A stretch of DNA of 63,927 nt, the filler included, from Squatina squatina (lineage: Eukaryota), in NCBI GenBank assembly GCA_031763465.1. It is 4 parts of 4 records of this genome, joined end to end, with 100 filler letters (N's around TTAATTAATTAA, not from the genome) between each part and the next. Parts side by side here need not be neighbours in the genome. Positions count along the whole stretch, not along the records: positions 36,378 to 50,631 come from JARFOE010000233.1; 3 more parts are not named here. The stretch is one strand, 5' to 3'. Positions 37,693 through 50,731 of the stretch are shown in pieces (within the stretch, counting starts at the first letter, position 1; each line of letters opens with the position of its first letter). The notes below the pieces were generated by a model, which saw only the letters and a program-made list of their open reading frames with translations, ran no database searches and was not told the origin of the DNA. A program made the position numbers and the translations under genes.

Positions 37693-40600
37693 GTTTGAAA
37701 GTATCATATACCTAGTCAGAAAACTGAACTCTGTGCACAGGTAACTGCGTCTCAATTTTTCTCTCTTAGAACAATTATTTCATCAGGCTTATGTTTTGAT
37801 GTTTGTTAACTGCTAATTTTAAGAGAAAATGCCTTACACAGGATAGAGATAAATGTATTTAATGTGAATATTTACCAAAACCCTTGGCACAACTCAGTGC
37901 AAAACATTGCAGTCTTTTTCACCAAAGTTTGGAATTCTGGCATAGTTTTAATCAGACACAGCACATCTTAGTGCAGCTTCTAGGTAGGGCTGTCAATTCA
38001 TCAGTTAACTCGTGATTAACAATTTTTTTGCTGATTATATTTTGAATGCATAAATTGTGGAGGTTACATGGGATACAGTGAGGGAAAGCTCGAGAGAGGA
38101 GGCCACAGAACGAGGGTGGAAACAGGAAAGCCTGAACCATTTGGAAGCAGAGTTCTGGGTCGAGCAAGATGTCATCTTCTCAGTTACACCGAACATTCTA
38201 CTCTGGAACTCAGTGGACAGTATGCAGCAAATGGTTCAGATCAGTTCATTCTTCTGGATCCTAAGGAAATTTTAAACAGTAAGGCTAATAGCATCGCCGA
38301 TATTTATGTACAAACGCCACAGCAACTTTAGTCGTCTGTCCCCGCCTGAATGTGGAAATTGCAAAGCTGCTGTCCAAGCGTCGTGAAAACGGCATCTTGC
38401 TGTCTGGTAACTCATTCAACTACATTGAGCAGCGTGAAGTTCCTGTACAGTACATACAAAGTAAACTCGTCACAGAAAGTTAAGTAATTTCAAGTCTAAA
38501 TACCCTTTTAGCAGCGTGATGTCTTAACTACTTCCAGTCTACCTCTCTGCCACTGAAAGTTAACTATGACAAGTATCTCATTCCTTCAGGTTTTAATTGT
38601 TGGATAAACTTTTTCTCTTAATACAGATTTTCTTTCCCTCTCTTTATACCTGATTTGACATTGAATTCACCTACACTCACTTTTCTGATCAGTACTTGTG
38701 CTATTAATTTCACATTGCTTCAATCTGATTGGTTAAGGAACTATGCAGTTGCTTGTCCTGTTCACTCAGATCCCAGGTGCCCTGTAGAGGGCGCCATGCC
38801 GTTTCCATTTCACATTCCAGCAATTTGCAGCATAAAATATAGTTGACATTAAAAGGGCAAGGATACAGAAAATTTGGAGCCATTATGTTTAATTCAAAAT
38901 GTATTAGTGCGTGACATTGCTGTTAGGTGACTAAAGCTGGGGCGCTGGTAAATCTAGGGAAAGGAGATTCCAATAAAATGTGTAAATCTGTGAGTTAAGA
39001 TAGAGGATATACTACATCATTTGAGGATCATGAAGAGACCATTAACAGAAATTAGGTTAGAATCAGGTTAAAAATGACAATGCTTCAGACAGCACTCAGT
39101 ATAAAATTTTATTGTGGTACACATTCTGCCAAGAATAAAAAATATATAAAACACACACTTTTACTCGTGATTTTTGGTTTTATTATGCAGCTGGCAAGTC
39201 AACTGCGAGGTTATAATGGTACCTATATTTTAACTCCAATGAAAATACCAGTTGCGATTTCACATAGTTAAATATCTGACTACGTGTTGTGCAATTTTCC
39301 AATGCACATGTACAGTGCAGTTATGAAGCAGAGGTATGTAACAAATGCAGCTGTAAATAGACAAGCCCTTTCCCTTGAAAAAAATCATAAGTAGGAAAGA
39401 CTTGATGTTCTTAAGNNNNNNNNNNNNNNNNNNNNNNNNNNNNNNNNNNNNNNNNNNNNNNNNNNNNNNNNNNNNNNNNNNNNNNNNNNNNNNNNNNNNN
39501 NNNNNNNNNNNNNNNCTGCCTTAAGTACAACTAAGTGGCTTGCTAGGCCAGTTCAGAGGGCAGTTAAGAGTCAACCACATTGCCGTGGGTCTGAAGTCAC
39601 ATATAGGGCAGACTGGGTAACATAACCACTATGCGACCATCTTTAGTTATCCAAAGTATTGTGATTGTCCACAGTAATTAAATTTGACTCATAAGTATCC
39701 AAGAGGTTCAGAAATGTTTCTGTCTAGTCATCGTGTGTCACTCACTGCAGTTATAAACATTTGAAAAATCTTGCACAGTTCTCACATTTAGTGCTGCAAA
39801 TCCTGTAAACCAGTATTAAAATGGACACAAAACCAATTTCATCTGAAAACTAACAAATCTCTATATAAATCTCCTGAACAGCACAAAATTGTCACACTTT
39901 TCTGGATTTCCTACACTTGCCAAAACAAAATGATGCTGATGGTAACCTTCAGCAATGTCATGGTACAAATCTATAAGTTTACTGTGCAAATTTCTGCATG
40001 ACAAAGTTTACAGCAGGTAAGCCACAGACTTTAAAAAGGAACACTGCTGAATCCTGATGGAAGCACAACTAATTTGTTGAGAAATGTTGCACATGCTATT
40101 ACATAAAGGACTGAACCGGTGCATTGAAAGGTTGAATGGGACCATGTATACCCTTTATCTAGATTCCACTGTATTTTACAATAATTTGGAAAGTTGAAAG
40201 GGTCAGACTCTGCAGAATTAACCTATAAACTATTTGGGGCTGAAAAATGTAGCCACGTCCTTCTCCAGTTAGAGCCCTACAAGTGAACTCTGTGCACAGA
40301 TATCCTGTCAGCCAGCAGTATTGTTTTGCCCAACTTATTGTCTCTCTAGCTCCAACCAAAATTAAGCACACTGCCACATCTAAAATATGGGTTGATCACA
40401 TGGTCAATTAGTATTTTTTTTTAAACTAAAAATTAAGTTGACCAGCAATAGTTTTTCAGGTACCTCCACTCTAATGTCAAACAGGATAAATAATAACACA
40501 TGCACAGCAATGTCAATGAGGGTAATTGTTCTTGTAAATGTGTGGCAAACACAAAAACAGCCAAATTCTCATACAGCAGATACTGAAATTAGTTTTATAG

Positions 40601-40776
40601 TATAATTAGTAAAGTTGGTAATTTTAAATAGGTAATATATCTGAGCTCCTTATACAATTTTACAAAAACCATTACACCACATTCTCATTTAAATATGAAT
40701 TTACCAACAATTCCTTTAGGAATTTCCCTACAGCTCATTTAGGCACACAGTTGTTACGAATGTTGCAAAAAATACA

Positions 40777-40782
40777 TTTATT
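40777..40782 (-). promoter_or_regulatory. Candidate SPTLC1 polyadenylation signal
   Basis: AATAAA on the minus strand about 320 nt after the stop. Confidence 0.4.
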
Positions 40783-41102
40783 ATTACAAAATGAAAGAAC
40801 ATTTTGGACAAGAAACTGCAGGATAGAAAGTTTTCTGGGCCTTTAGCTGGCCACACTTTGAAACAATCATTTTTATTTCACTTATTTGTAAGACAAATGT
40901 ACTCAAGTTCATTAGTACAATTTCCATAATTTTAACAAAATAGGTAAAAAATAAAATACATTAAGTTCATTTACTGTAGTTCGGTCATCCTTATTTTCAG
41001 TAGATAGTGATCAGTTTCTGCACATTCTGCAATTACAGTCCTTTCGGGCATGACGTCCCTGTGCGATTTCTGGTCCACAAAGATCATAAATATCAGGCCA
41101 TC

Positions 41103-41196
41103 CTACTGAAGGATGCATTCCGATGCTTCCTTGATTAATGCGGCTGCCTTGTCCAACTCTTCCTCTGTCAGATCTACAGTAACCACCACCCGTACA
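41103..41196 (-). CDS. SPTLC1: SPTLC1 last coding exon
   Basis: tag acceptor; VRVVVTVDLTEEELDKAAALIKEASECILQ*. Confidence 0.87.
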
Positions 41197-41404
41197 CTAT
41201 GGAATACATTTGAAAAGCTATATTAATATTTCCAGACCTGCAAATGTTACAATGGGTCCACTTGTCTATGAGAGTTAATTACTATAGTATGCGGTTATAC
41301 AGTTNNNNNNNNNNNNNNNNNNNNNNNNNNNNNNNNNNNNNNNNNNNNNNNNNNNNNNNNNNNNNNNNNNNNNNNNNNNNNNNNNNNNNNNNNNNNNNNN
41401 NNNN

Positions 41405-41502
41405 TATGCTGACTAGTCTATAATTCCCTGGACATGTTCTATCCCACTTCTTAAATATAGGTGTTATATTAGCTATTTGCCAGTCCTCTGGCACTACACC
41501 AT
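41405..41502 (-). mobile_element. CR1 RT fragment
   Basis: PEDWQIANITPIFKKWDRTCPGNYRLVSI. Confidence 0.8.
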
Positions 41503-41601
41503 TATGGTGACTATATTTCCTCCCTTACACACAAGCCATGTTTTACTTGAAATGAAGGCAATACAAGTGATTTATTTTTCCACTCCACCCTTTTCTCTTA
41601 C

Positions 41602-41689
41602 CAGTTCTGGGAGTGGGCAAATGTATCCAGTGTTCATGTACAATCCTTCCACTAAAAGGAATCGTCGGGTTACACGTGCTTTGCGAGGA
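41602..41689 (-). CDS. SPTLC1: SPTLC1 internal exon (5' edge in 10-N gap)
   Basis: [29 protein letters not shown]|gtaag. Confidence 0.9.
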
Positions 41690-41699
41690 NNNNNNNNNN

Positions 41700-41865
41700 C
41701 GGTCAGAGAGCACGGGGAGGGCAAGTGACCAAAGATCAAATATCAGAGCGCACGGGGTGAGGGGGCACATATCAGAGAGCAAAGGGAGGGCAAATGTGAG
41801 GGAGCACGGGTGGGGGGGAGGGGGGTGGGAGCGGCAAAGAGAGCACGAGCAGGGGAAAAAAAACA
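41700..41865. repeat. GA-rich degenerate tandem repeat
   Basis: Recurrent agagagcacgggg-like units. Confidence 0.5.
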
Positions 41866-42008
41866 TTGAAAGGATATTGCGGTGAGTCTATAAAGTGCTC
41901 AAGTGGTCAATGGATTTTTAAAATATATACAGCAAAAAGATGGATAACATTTAAAACAAAGTACTTTTGTTGCTCTATTTGGTTCCAATAGGATTAAAAG
42001 CATCTTAC

Positions 42009-42138
42009 TTTCTGGTCCTCAAGTTCCTGTTCTTTCAGCAGCCGTTCCAGGTCATCCATATCATTGTGTTTAAAATATTTTATGTTACTACGTGAAGCTT
42101 GCAAGCCTTTTTGAATGGCAAAGCATGCGGCTTCATCC
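42009..42138 (-). CDS. SPTLC1: SPTLC1 internal exon
   Basis: cag|130 nt|gtaag; [43 protein letters not shown]. Confidence 0.92.
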
Positions 42139-42254
42139 CTGTAAAACAAGTTTAAACCATCTAAATACAAGTCCTCTAATGATTGACATGATGCAGGAAG
42201 TTTCACCACAAATATTACTCTCAAAATAACTTATTTGGGCACAGTATTTTTTTT

Positions 42255-42590
42255 TCCTGTCAACTTTAATTAGTTTTCTACCAATTCTCCCCTGAAGGCA
42301 TGTTCTTCATGTGCGTACTTAGACAATAAGCATTGGCAGGCCATATGATTGTGGGGACACCACAGCTGAGCCCAATCCCTGTCCTTGCCCAATGTCCACC
42401 TATAGGGCAATAAACAGCAGCAGGATTTTCTCCTCTCTAAATTAAGGGCAACTTGGTACCTGTAATTCCCTTACTGCCACCCTGGCTGAGATCAGTTAAC
42501 TCTGTACAATTCGAGGATCAAACCTGATGCCTTCCTGGTCTGTATCGCTCAATGACTCACCGCAATAACCATTTGAACTACTGGAAGAGC
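42255..42590 (-). mobile_element. SINE family B copy
   Basis: Reversed B-box-like ggatcaaacc near 42515; body shared with other copies. Confidence 0.55.
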
Positions 42591-43799
42591 ATTTTATGTC
42601 AAATAGTTAATGTTTGTTCAAATGGTTTGACTTATGTCATCAGAGAATCAGCTTGGAGAAATTGTCACTGAGTAAGGGAGCAAAATTAAAAATGCCGCCA
42701 AAGTATTCTGGATTAATGATCTGGCTCCTGGTGTTGATTCATATTCCTCATATTATTCAGGCTCAAAGTTCAGGCTGCCCTGAAACATGTTGTTAGTTGG
42801 CCATCCCCTAAAAAAAAAAATTCAAAAAATCCTATTGCCAAGCTGTCATCTGTAATATAGTTCTCTGGAGGAGTTACCCCCCCCCACCCCCCGCTAAAAA
42901 TATAAAGTCTGATCACTTCCCTATACATTACTGTATTACCACCCACGCTGCAGTCAATATTTGTTTCCAGTTAGGAAAATTAAACAAATTAGGAGCATTT
43001 TGTCTTCACCATACTCTATTCATACAGAAATGTCATTGACAGGCTATTATAGGAAGGGACCTGAAACAAAGTATTGGTGTAAGAAGCCTAGTTTTTAAAT
43101 TGATATTAATCAAGGTATTTTACACTGGTGAATTATGAAAAATACACTACTTGAGTGATACCACCTAACTCGCAAGCATAGATTTCTTGATTGGAAAGAT
43201 GTACTCAAAACCCCCAAAAAAACATTTTAAAATATAAGAAGCCAGAATAAAGTCCAAAGAATAAACACCAAATTTGTTTTTGATTCAAACTGATCTACAG
43301 TGTTAGTATTAGTGCAATAGCATGAATTAAAATATATATAAGCTATAAATCGAGAAATATGTCATATGTTCAATATATATATTAAACATATCAGACCCTC
43401 TTACTATAGAAACCAGGTCACCTCAGACCATTCTCATAGCTTTTTAAAAGAGGATCATTGAGGAGTTTGGGGGAGGGATTCAGAAGAGCCAGGGTTTAAT
43501 TTTATTCAGGTGATGTTGCACAAAAGTGGTGTTTTAGTGACTTAAATGTTGACACTGTCTTGTAGTGGTTGAAATCCAGTCCTCAACTTATTGGTCTCCT
43601 TCTATTTGGTTATCTTCAACAAAAAAAAATCTGGTTATTTTCAAATTCATTGCCAGGTCTCAGCTATTTCCTGTTGAGGACGTATGCAAAAAAACTAATG
43701 CAGTTTATCTGGGTCACATGATTTATCGGTGTCAGAATATGAACATGTAGCAGGAAGAGCATTTCCAATAGAATAAAAATAAATATCTCTGAATATTCT

Positions 43800-44110
43800 T
43801 TGCCATTTCCCCTGCTTCTGATGGTGCAGATTGTCTGCTGGGATATGATTCCAGTACCTCACCCAAGTCCCAGCAAGCTATTCCAACCTCAGAGGCCAAT
43901 ACACCACATACGTGCACCTACCAGCAGAGGTCACCTGATGGTGATCAGGAAGCAGAATGCTAGCTGATTTTCCATTCCTATCCGAGGTGCTGAGGTCAGC
44001 AGTAGTAACTAACCTGGCTGCGATTAGCTAACTCAGCACAGCCAGGATCAAATCTGGGACCTGCCTAATTGGTAAAGCTCAGCTCTGCACTGGTTAGCAC
44101 ATTGATCAAT
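43800..44110 (-). mobile_element. SINE family B copy
   Basis: gattagctaactcagcacagccaggatcaaatctgggacc. Confidence 0.55.
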
Positions 44111-44169
44111 TGGCAGAATTTCTCCCCCATCCTCGAACTACTGAAAACAACTTACTGTAATTACCCTGT

Positions 44170-44445
44170 AATGGATGTAAAAGATCCTATGGCATTATTT
44201 CAAAGAAGAGCAGAGGAGTTCTCCCAGGTGCCCTGACCAACAGTTATCTGTCAATAAAAATCACAAAAACAGATTAACTGGTTATTATCACATTGCTGTT
44301 TGTGGAAGCTTGCTGTGTGCAAATTGGCCACTGTGTTTCCTACATTAAAACAGTGACTACACTTCAAAAATACTTCATTAGCTGTAAAGCACATTGTGAT
44401 GTCCTGAGGTGGTGAAAGGCGTCATATAAATGCCAGTTTTTCTTT
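44170..44445 (+). mobile_element. DeuSINE (SacSINE1/AmnSINE1-like), Deu domain and tail
   Basis: ttatcacattgctgtttgtggaagcttgctgtgtgcaaattggc...cctacattaaaacagtgactacacttcaaaa. Confidence 0.8.
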
Positions 44446-45026
44446 ACAGCAATTCAGTGCAGCCATTGAATGTCACCTGTTGGACAAATACTGCAATTCT
44501 GATACCCTTGGTCTGAAATATTGGCTGAGGTGCTGTCATGCCTTACAAAATACTCTCACTTCTGTCACTATTCTGCAACCTCCACTCCTTCCCTTATCTC
44601 TTGGTTTAAGTTGGTGGAGAAATTATCCTTTTCTTTAAAGGGTAATTGAAATATTTTTTGTAACCAGCTGGTGGCGCTCAAGTACAACATTTAATGTTTC
44701 TGACATTAGCCTAGTAATATTAATATTTGAGCAGATTTTCTTCTTTTGCTCTTTCTTGCTTTCCCATTGGTGTGCATCATCCTTAGTTGAGCTAGCGACC
44801 TGCTCTCAGGTCTTAGGTCAATGCCATTACTGAACTTGCTGCTCAGAACTGCACAACAACAGCAAGGCCCACTTGTTCTCCGATTCTTCAATTCCTCTAT
44901 GCAAAAAAGCACCTGGGGATCCCAATNNNNNNNNNNNNNNNNNNNNNNNNNNNNNNNNNNNNNNNNNNNNNNNNNNNNNNNNNNNNNNNNNNNNNNNNNN
45001 NNNNNNNNNNNNNNNNNNNNNNNNNN

Positions 45027-45490
45027 GTGTGATTGAAGCGGGTGATTCTGCTGGAGAGTATTGGTCAGGCTACACCTGGATTATTGTATGCAGTTCTGGA
45101 ACCTTCATTACAGGAATGATATAGCTGAGATGGAAGATATTCTGCAATGATTAGCAGAGTAGAGAATAAAACATATGAAGACAGACTTAAAAACAACGGT
45201 TCTCATTGCAAAGGAGATGACTAAAGGGGGACTATGATTGCAGATATCCAAATTAATGAGGCCGGGGGAGGTAGAGAGTCAGTTAGATATTTGAAATTTG
45301 ACACAGCATAGCAGAACAGGAGAATATAAATATAAACTGAAATAGGTGTAGATTTAGATAAGAAAGCATTATTTCAGTGAGAAGGTGAACAGTTTTAGAC
45401 TAGCTTACCAAGTGAGGTTATATCTTCGAGGTCAGATTAGACAAGTACCTTGAAGAGAAACACATCATTTGCTCCAATGGCTGGGCTGCA
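45027..45490 (+). mobile_element. Highly degenerate CR1 3' region
   Basis: Residual LVRLHLDYCMQFW and later CR1-like motifs. Confidence 0.5.
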
Positions 45491-45515
45491 GGAAGGCAGA
45501 TTAGATGGAACTTAA

Positions 45516-46785
45516 GGCTGCGATTTTCCCGACCTCTGCAGGTCCAATGCTACTGCCTCCAGTCCACTCTGTGAAATGAATTTTCCTTGATTGGGCTGAT
45601 TAAGCCCGCCCAGCGCATTTCCTGGCCAATTGAAGGAAGCGGGTCTGATGACGTCATTTGATGACACTTCATCAGCCAGTTTCCTTAAAGGGACCATGTC
45701 TACATTCACTTTGACAGTTTTGCTGTCAGTGTTCTACAGCATTGAGGTGCTGCAAACACTGACAAGCACTGCACAAAGGTGCATAGCTGCACCCAGGCTC
45801 TCCCATGACTCCCTTCATGTGCTTATAGAGGGAGTCACAGCACACAGGGAGGCTCTCTTACCTTTCAATGGATGGAAGAGACCTCCCCAGGAGACCAACA
45901 CAGCCTGGTTGCACATTGAACAGAGGGCACAAGCGAGGATGTCATCAGGAGGAGCTGGCTGCAGTAGCACAAACCTTTCAATGATCTCAGTGGATCAACC
46001 TCGTCCTGCTGTGCCACTCATCACATCCCCATCACTCTGCCTTGCCTTCCCGACTCCTGCACATCCTTACTCACACCAACTTACCTTCTACTTCCACCCA
46101 GCCCTCTCTCTCTATCTACATTATCACTTCCCCATCTAACTAGCTGCCACTCACACTCACCCTCATATTGTCCAATCATACCAAGTAACAACACAGAATG
46201 GTAGGCCCTTGAATTTTTTAGCCAATCTTCATGTCCACTTTCTGCTAATGTGTTGTCAAACATTGAAATCTTTATTTTCAACCTTTGCCTCCTTGGATAA
46301 GTTTGTGTGCTCCTTTGGAAGTGATTAGTGAGTTGCAGTGAATGGTAAAACATATGGTACCCCCCGCAATGGTGATGAGTGTGAAGGGAATGAGTTGGAC
46401 ATTGCAGAGATGCTTTATGTTGCTGGTGTGGGGCGGTACCAACCTGGCACATCATGTGGCAGCCAGGATGTACAGCATCAAGTGAAGTAAATGTGATCAT
46501 GGTGAGGCCATCTTTGGTGCCCCGGGCAGCAATGTGGTCGGGTGCTGATGCCCTGTGTCCTGTGCAGCATCAGGTGATTGCAGAGAGGGTTGGTGCTGTT
46601 GTTGGTGATGTTGGTGTATTTAATGATGCTGGTGTTGGGGCTGATCATGGTGGAATTCTGAGGACCAAGGTGAAATTTTGTCAAGGGCACCGATGCTGCT
46701 GGAATAGATAGCAGCTGAGATTGAGATGACAGAAGGGATCTGTCAATGGTGAGAGAGATTGCTCCAAGGAGATGACAGTGACAGT
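45516..46785 (+). mobile_element. Decayed PIF/Harbinger-like DNA transposon with Myb/SANT-like pseudogene
   Basis: AAPRLSHDSLHVLIEGVTAHREALLP...TAWLHI, frameshift, then RRSWLQ*HKPFNDL (about 45785-45990); start ggctgcgatttt preceded by TAA. Confidence 0.65.
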
Positions 46786-46835
46786 TCACGGCAAACTCTT
46801 CCAACCTGCATACGGCTCAAAAGTGTTTTCCATAC

Positions 46836-46930
46836 CCTGAGACAATGTTATTATTAAGGGCAGGGTGGTCTTTTGATACTGGTGGGACAAGTGGCTCTGG
46901 CTGCCATTCCTCAATAAGCTCCTCTTTTTC
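46836..46930 (-). CDS. SPTLC1: SPTLC1 exon 3 equivalent
   Basis: cag|95 nt|gtatg; [32 protein letters not shown]. Confidence 0.93.
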
Positions 46931-47009
46931 CTGTTAGAAAAGATGCAACACAGAATAATTATGAGAAGCTGCAATACCAAAAAGGGCAATAGATATTTTT
47001 AAAATTCTA

Positions 47010-47126
<117 letters not shown>

Positions 47127-48539
47127 CTAAAGGACATTTAAAAAAAAAGCTAATTATATGCCACATTGCTCAATGTTACATAAAAAAGAGATTATCCTTA
47201 CAAAAGAAGTTATGGAATATAACATTTATAGTTCAGTATTTAATACTTTACATTACAAAAGCAGTATTTTTTCCACCATTGCAATCTACACAAAATATCC
47301 AAGTGTCAATTTACAACCTCGAAGGTCTGATAAATCTCACTTTTTAAGCAAGTGCTTAATCATGAATTAGAACCAACACAGGCTAATTGTTGTAGAATTC
47401 TACACTTTATTCAGAAACACAAGTAACGGAGAGATTGTTGATACCAGTCCGGAAAAGATTTCATGTCTGTGATTTTGCAATAAAAACCTCATCAATCGGT
47501 TGAGGCTCGCTTACTCTTCTGGATTGAAAACACACCGAGGAGTGCTGTAAAATTTGATGCACCAGTCATGCATAAATCCCAAAGCCCAGACTATTCAGAA
47601 ATCAAGAAGCCATTTAGGCAGGAAAAACTATTTGGGAATCTTATCCATTTAGTTCTTTATATGGCTAATTTAATCAACTTTTGAATCTCTTCGTGTGAAT
47701 TTAATTTTCTTGTATGAGAAATAAATTGGTAATGGTAGTTCTAGTTTCAGTTTGCAGAGTTATTAAAGTGCTATACTTTATTTGGATTTATCCTCATCCC
47801 CTCCTGAATGGTACTATGTTCCTATATTATGTGGAGGATGCTTAAATGAAGATAATTAGATTTCCAGCTTTGTCGGGTTATTTTCATTCTTCAAACTGTA
47901 TGTATTCTCCACAGCACCAGGATTTTTTGTGCATCCTCTCACCCATCAGGGGTATCATATTTTGGGGGAATGGGGTGCTAGAGGCCAATGATTAGTCAGT
48001 TCTTGTTTAGTTTCAGGTAAAAATGATCTGGCCTTGGTCTTGTATACAACATGGATGTAGGAGACCATGTTCAGCATTGCCTAACCACTTTCATGTGTGT
48101 GCNNNNNNNNNNNNNNNNNNNNNNNNNNNNNNNNNNNNNNNNNNNNNNNNNNNNNNNNNNNNNNNNNNNNNNNNNNNNNNNNNNNNNNNNNNNNNNNNNN
48201 NNATCCCTGCGGAACCCCACTGGTAACCGGGCTCCCCATGGAAATAAATCTGTTGCCTCCAGCAGTCACGTTCCCCTGCTGTAATTTCTAAATCCAAAAC
48301 TGCTGCAAATTAAGCTTTTGTGTACTTCAGAGTTTTTTCCAACAATAAAAACAATGGAATATTGGGTATACTTGCAGCTTAATTTATGACAAGCCCATGT
48401 CCCATTGCACTTTAAGTCTAACTCCTCTTTTTCACATGTTATAAGGCCTATTTTTGGTTGGCCAGCTTGTTTGAAGCTGCTGAACAGCTTTTGCTCGATT
48501 TTCATGTTGGCATGTATGGTTCTGTAGTATTCATGTTCG

Positions 48540-48735
48540 TGAGTTCTGCTTCTGGACAGATTCCTGCAAAACTGCGCTAATGAGTTCAGTTCCTGAACAA
48601 GCTGTTGCAGGAGAGTCGGTAAATTTTGTTACTGAATTACTTTCTGTAGTTACCACAGACAATGAGTTCTGTTGCTGAATGGGATTCTAAAGTAACATTC
48701 ATGCCGGTGAGTTCAGTTAGTGGACAGCGTGCAAG
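48540..48735. repeat. Degenerate ~42-bp tandem repeat
   Basis: tgagttcwgtt-like motif at 48540, 48581, 48620 (degenerate), 48663 and 48708. Confidence 0.5.
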
Positions 48736-50631
48736 ATATCTGCAAGAGCAAATGATAACCTTTATTTTAATCTGAAGTCACTTTGAAACTATAAGCTATT
48801 ATGGACGAAATCAATTTCACTCAGGAATGAAGAACATGTACAAAATTGTATGTATTATAAAAATATGCTAAAACAACCTTTCAGTTACTTAGCTGGCAAA
48901 GTTATTTGCCTGCATATGAATGATAAATTATATTTCAATTAATGGCTTGCTATTGGCAGCACTAAGTGATGACAATTTACACACCCCTTTACATAACATT
49001 TACCACAGAGAGCTTAGAGGACCAGTACTGGGATGCATTCAGATCAGTCATAACAATATATCCCAAAGGCTGGCAAGCCACAATATCCAGCTAATTCGTT
49101 CAAGTAATTATTATCCTACTCATTCATATTTCAAAAATACTTTATATCTTGGTGTCAGACATTCCGTCACAATTTGTACTGCACTGCTCCATGTAATAAT
49201 GTTTCCCTCTCTTTTACACATTTGTATCACAGATTCCTGCAATTCAGTACTTAGCAAATTATTCTGGGTTCAGATGACTTTGCACTAAAATACAAGCTCC
49301 TAAACTACTTAAAATATCAAATTGAGTCACATTTCACAGAGTATGTTCTTGAGTTAAGCCAATGTTTTGCCTACTGAAAACAAAATTTTGATTCAGCTCT
49401 GTTTTTAAAATCACTAAACCATGCACAATTTACATTATTATGAAACAGTGCAATATTAGTACATCACATGTGGGTGGAATGGGAGAAAAAATATGCCCTT
49501 ATAAACCTGAGCAAGATATTTGCTTTCTTACGCTGGAGAGCGAAAGTCACCCTGTTGAACAGAATTTTCTCTGGCGTTTGTTCTGACAGCTCACAATATT
49601 GCCTATGGCAACTTGCACAATTCCATACCCCACCACCACACGAAAAAAGGTATTTAAAAAAAAAGAAGTTTGACATTCACCCAAAGAGCTGCAGAGAAAA
49701 GTCTACAAAACTGTACAGAAATTGATCTGGACTGCACTCTGGGTGCCAGCAGGTTTGTAAATTCAGAATCCAGGCATTTTTTAAACAACTGTTGCAGTAC
49801 AACTAAAGATTGACACATGGAGCATTACCACATCAACGCGTTACAGGTGTAACTTGACTGGCTACCTGCTCACGGTCAAATGCATTTTTAAAAAATCTGT
49901 TCATATAAAATACAGGAGTATGCTGAATTGCACATTTACCACAGGCCATCATACAAAAATGCCAGTTAATGTATTCGGTTATTTTCAAGAGGAGTTTGAT
50001 AAACTGAACAAATGTAAAAGTATGCAGGCAGCTAGCCTAAGAGGATTGGGGATTGGGAAGGAAAGAGGCAGGCATTTGGCAAAACTGGCATGCTGGCTAG
50101 AAACTTGTCAGCAATAGTATCATCATTCCGCTGCAACAAATACTTTGGCATCAGTGAGCCACTGGACTGAGCTACATTACATGCAGTCATCTACCATGCT
50201 GACTTGCTTAGAGGGAGCGCAATAATGTAATTGTGCTTTCAGGTTCCAGACCTTTAGACAGCCTTAATAATAAACTAAAATTGCAAACAAATAAGAAATA
50301 GAGTAGCAAAATAAAAGAATAATGAAAAAAATGCTGCATGATTAGAGAAGGAAGGGCAAATACAAAAGTACACAGTAATGCTTTGCTCTGGCACTTGTAG
50401 ACCTTGAAGAGAAGAACATGCGAAAATTCTATTTGTATTCATTTAAAAAAATATGAGAAGCTATGTCCATGACTTTGGCAAAGGCCAAATCCATGCGAGT
50501 CACTGAGGGGCAGGGCAGGATCAGTCCCATTAATGACATCTTCAGAGCAGAACAGGAGACTTCAGCCGATGAATAGCCACAGGAACAAGTGATGGGTTGT
50601 TGTTAGGCCTTTCTCATCATGAAGACCTCAG

Positions 50632-50731
50632 NNNNNNNNNNNNNNNNNNNNNNNNNNNNNNNNNNNNNNNNNNNNTTAATTAATTAANNNNNNNNNNNNN
50701 NNNNNNNNNNNNNNNNNNNNNNNNNNNNNNN
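50632..50731. other. Artificial scaffold linker
   Basis: TTAATTAATTAA at 50676-50687 inside N runs. Confidence 0.95.

Noticed and set aside
38057-38483. Overlapping short open frames (including LNVEIAKLLSKRRENGILLSGNSF)
   Set aside because: No recognised protein and no consistent splice sites.
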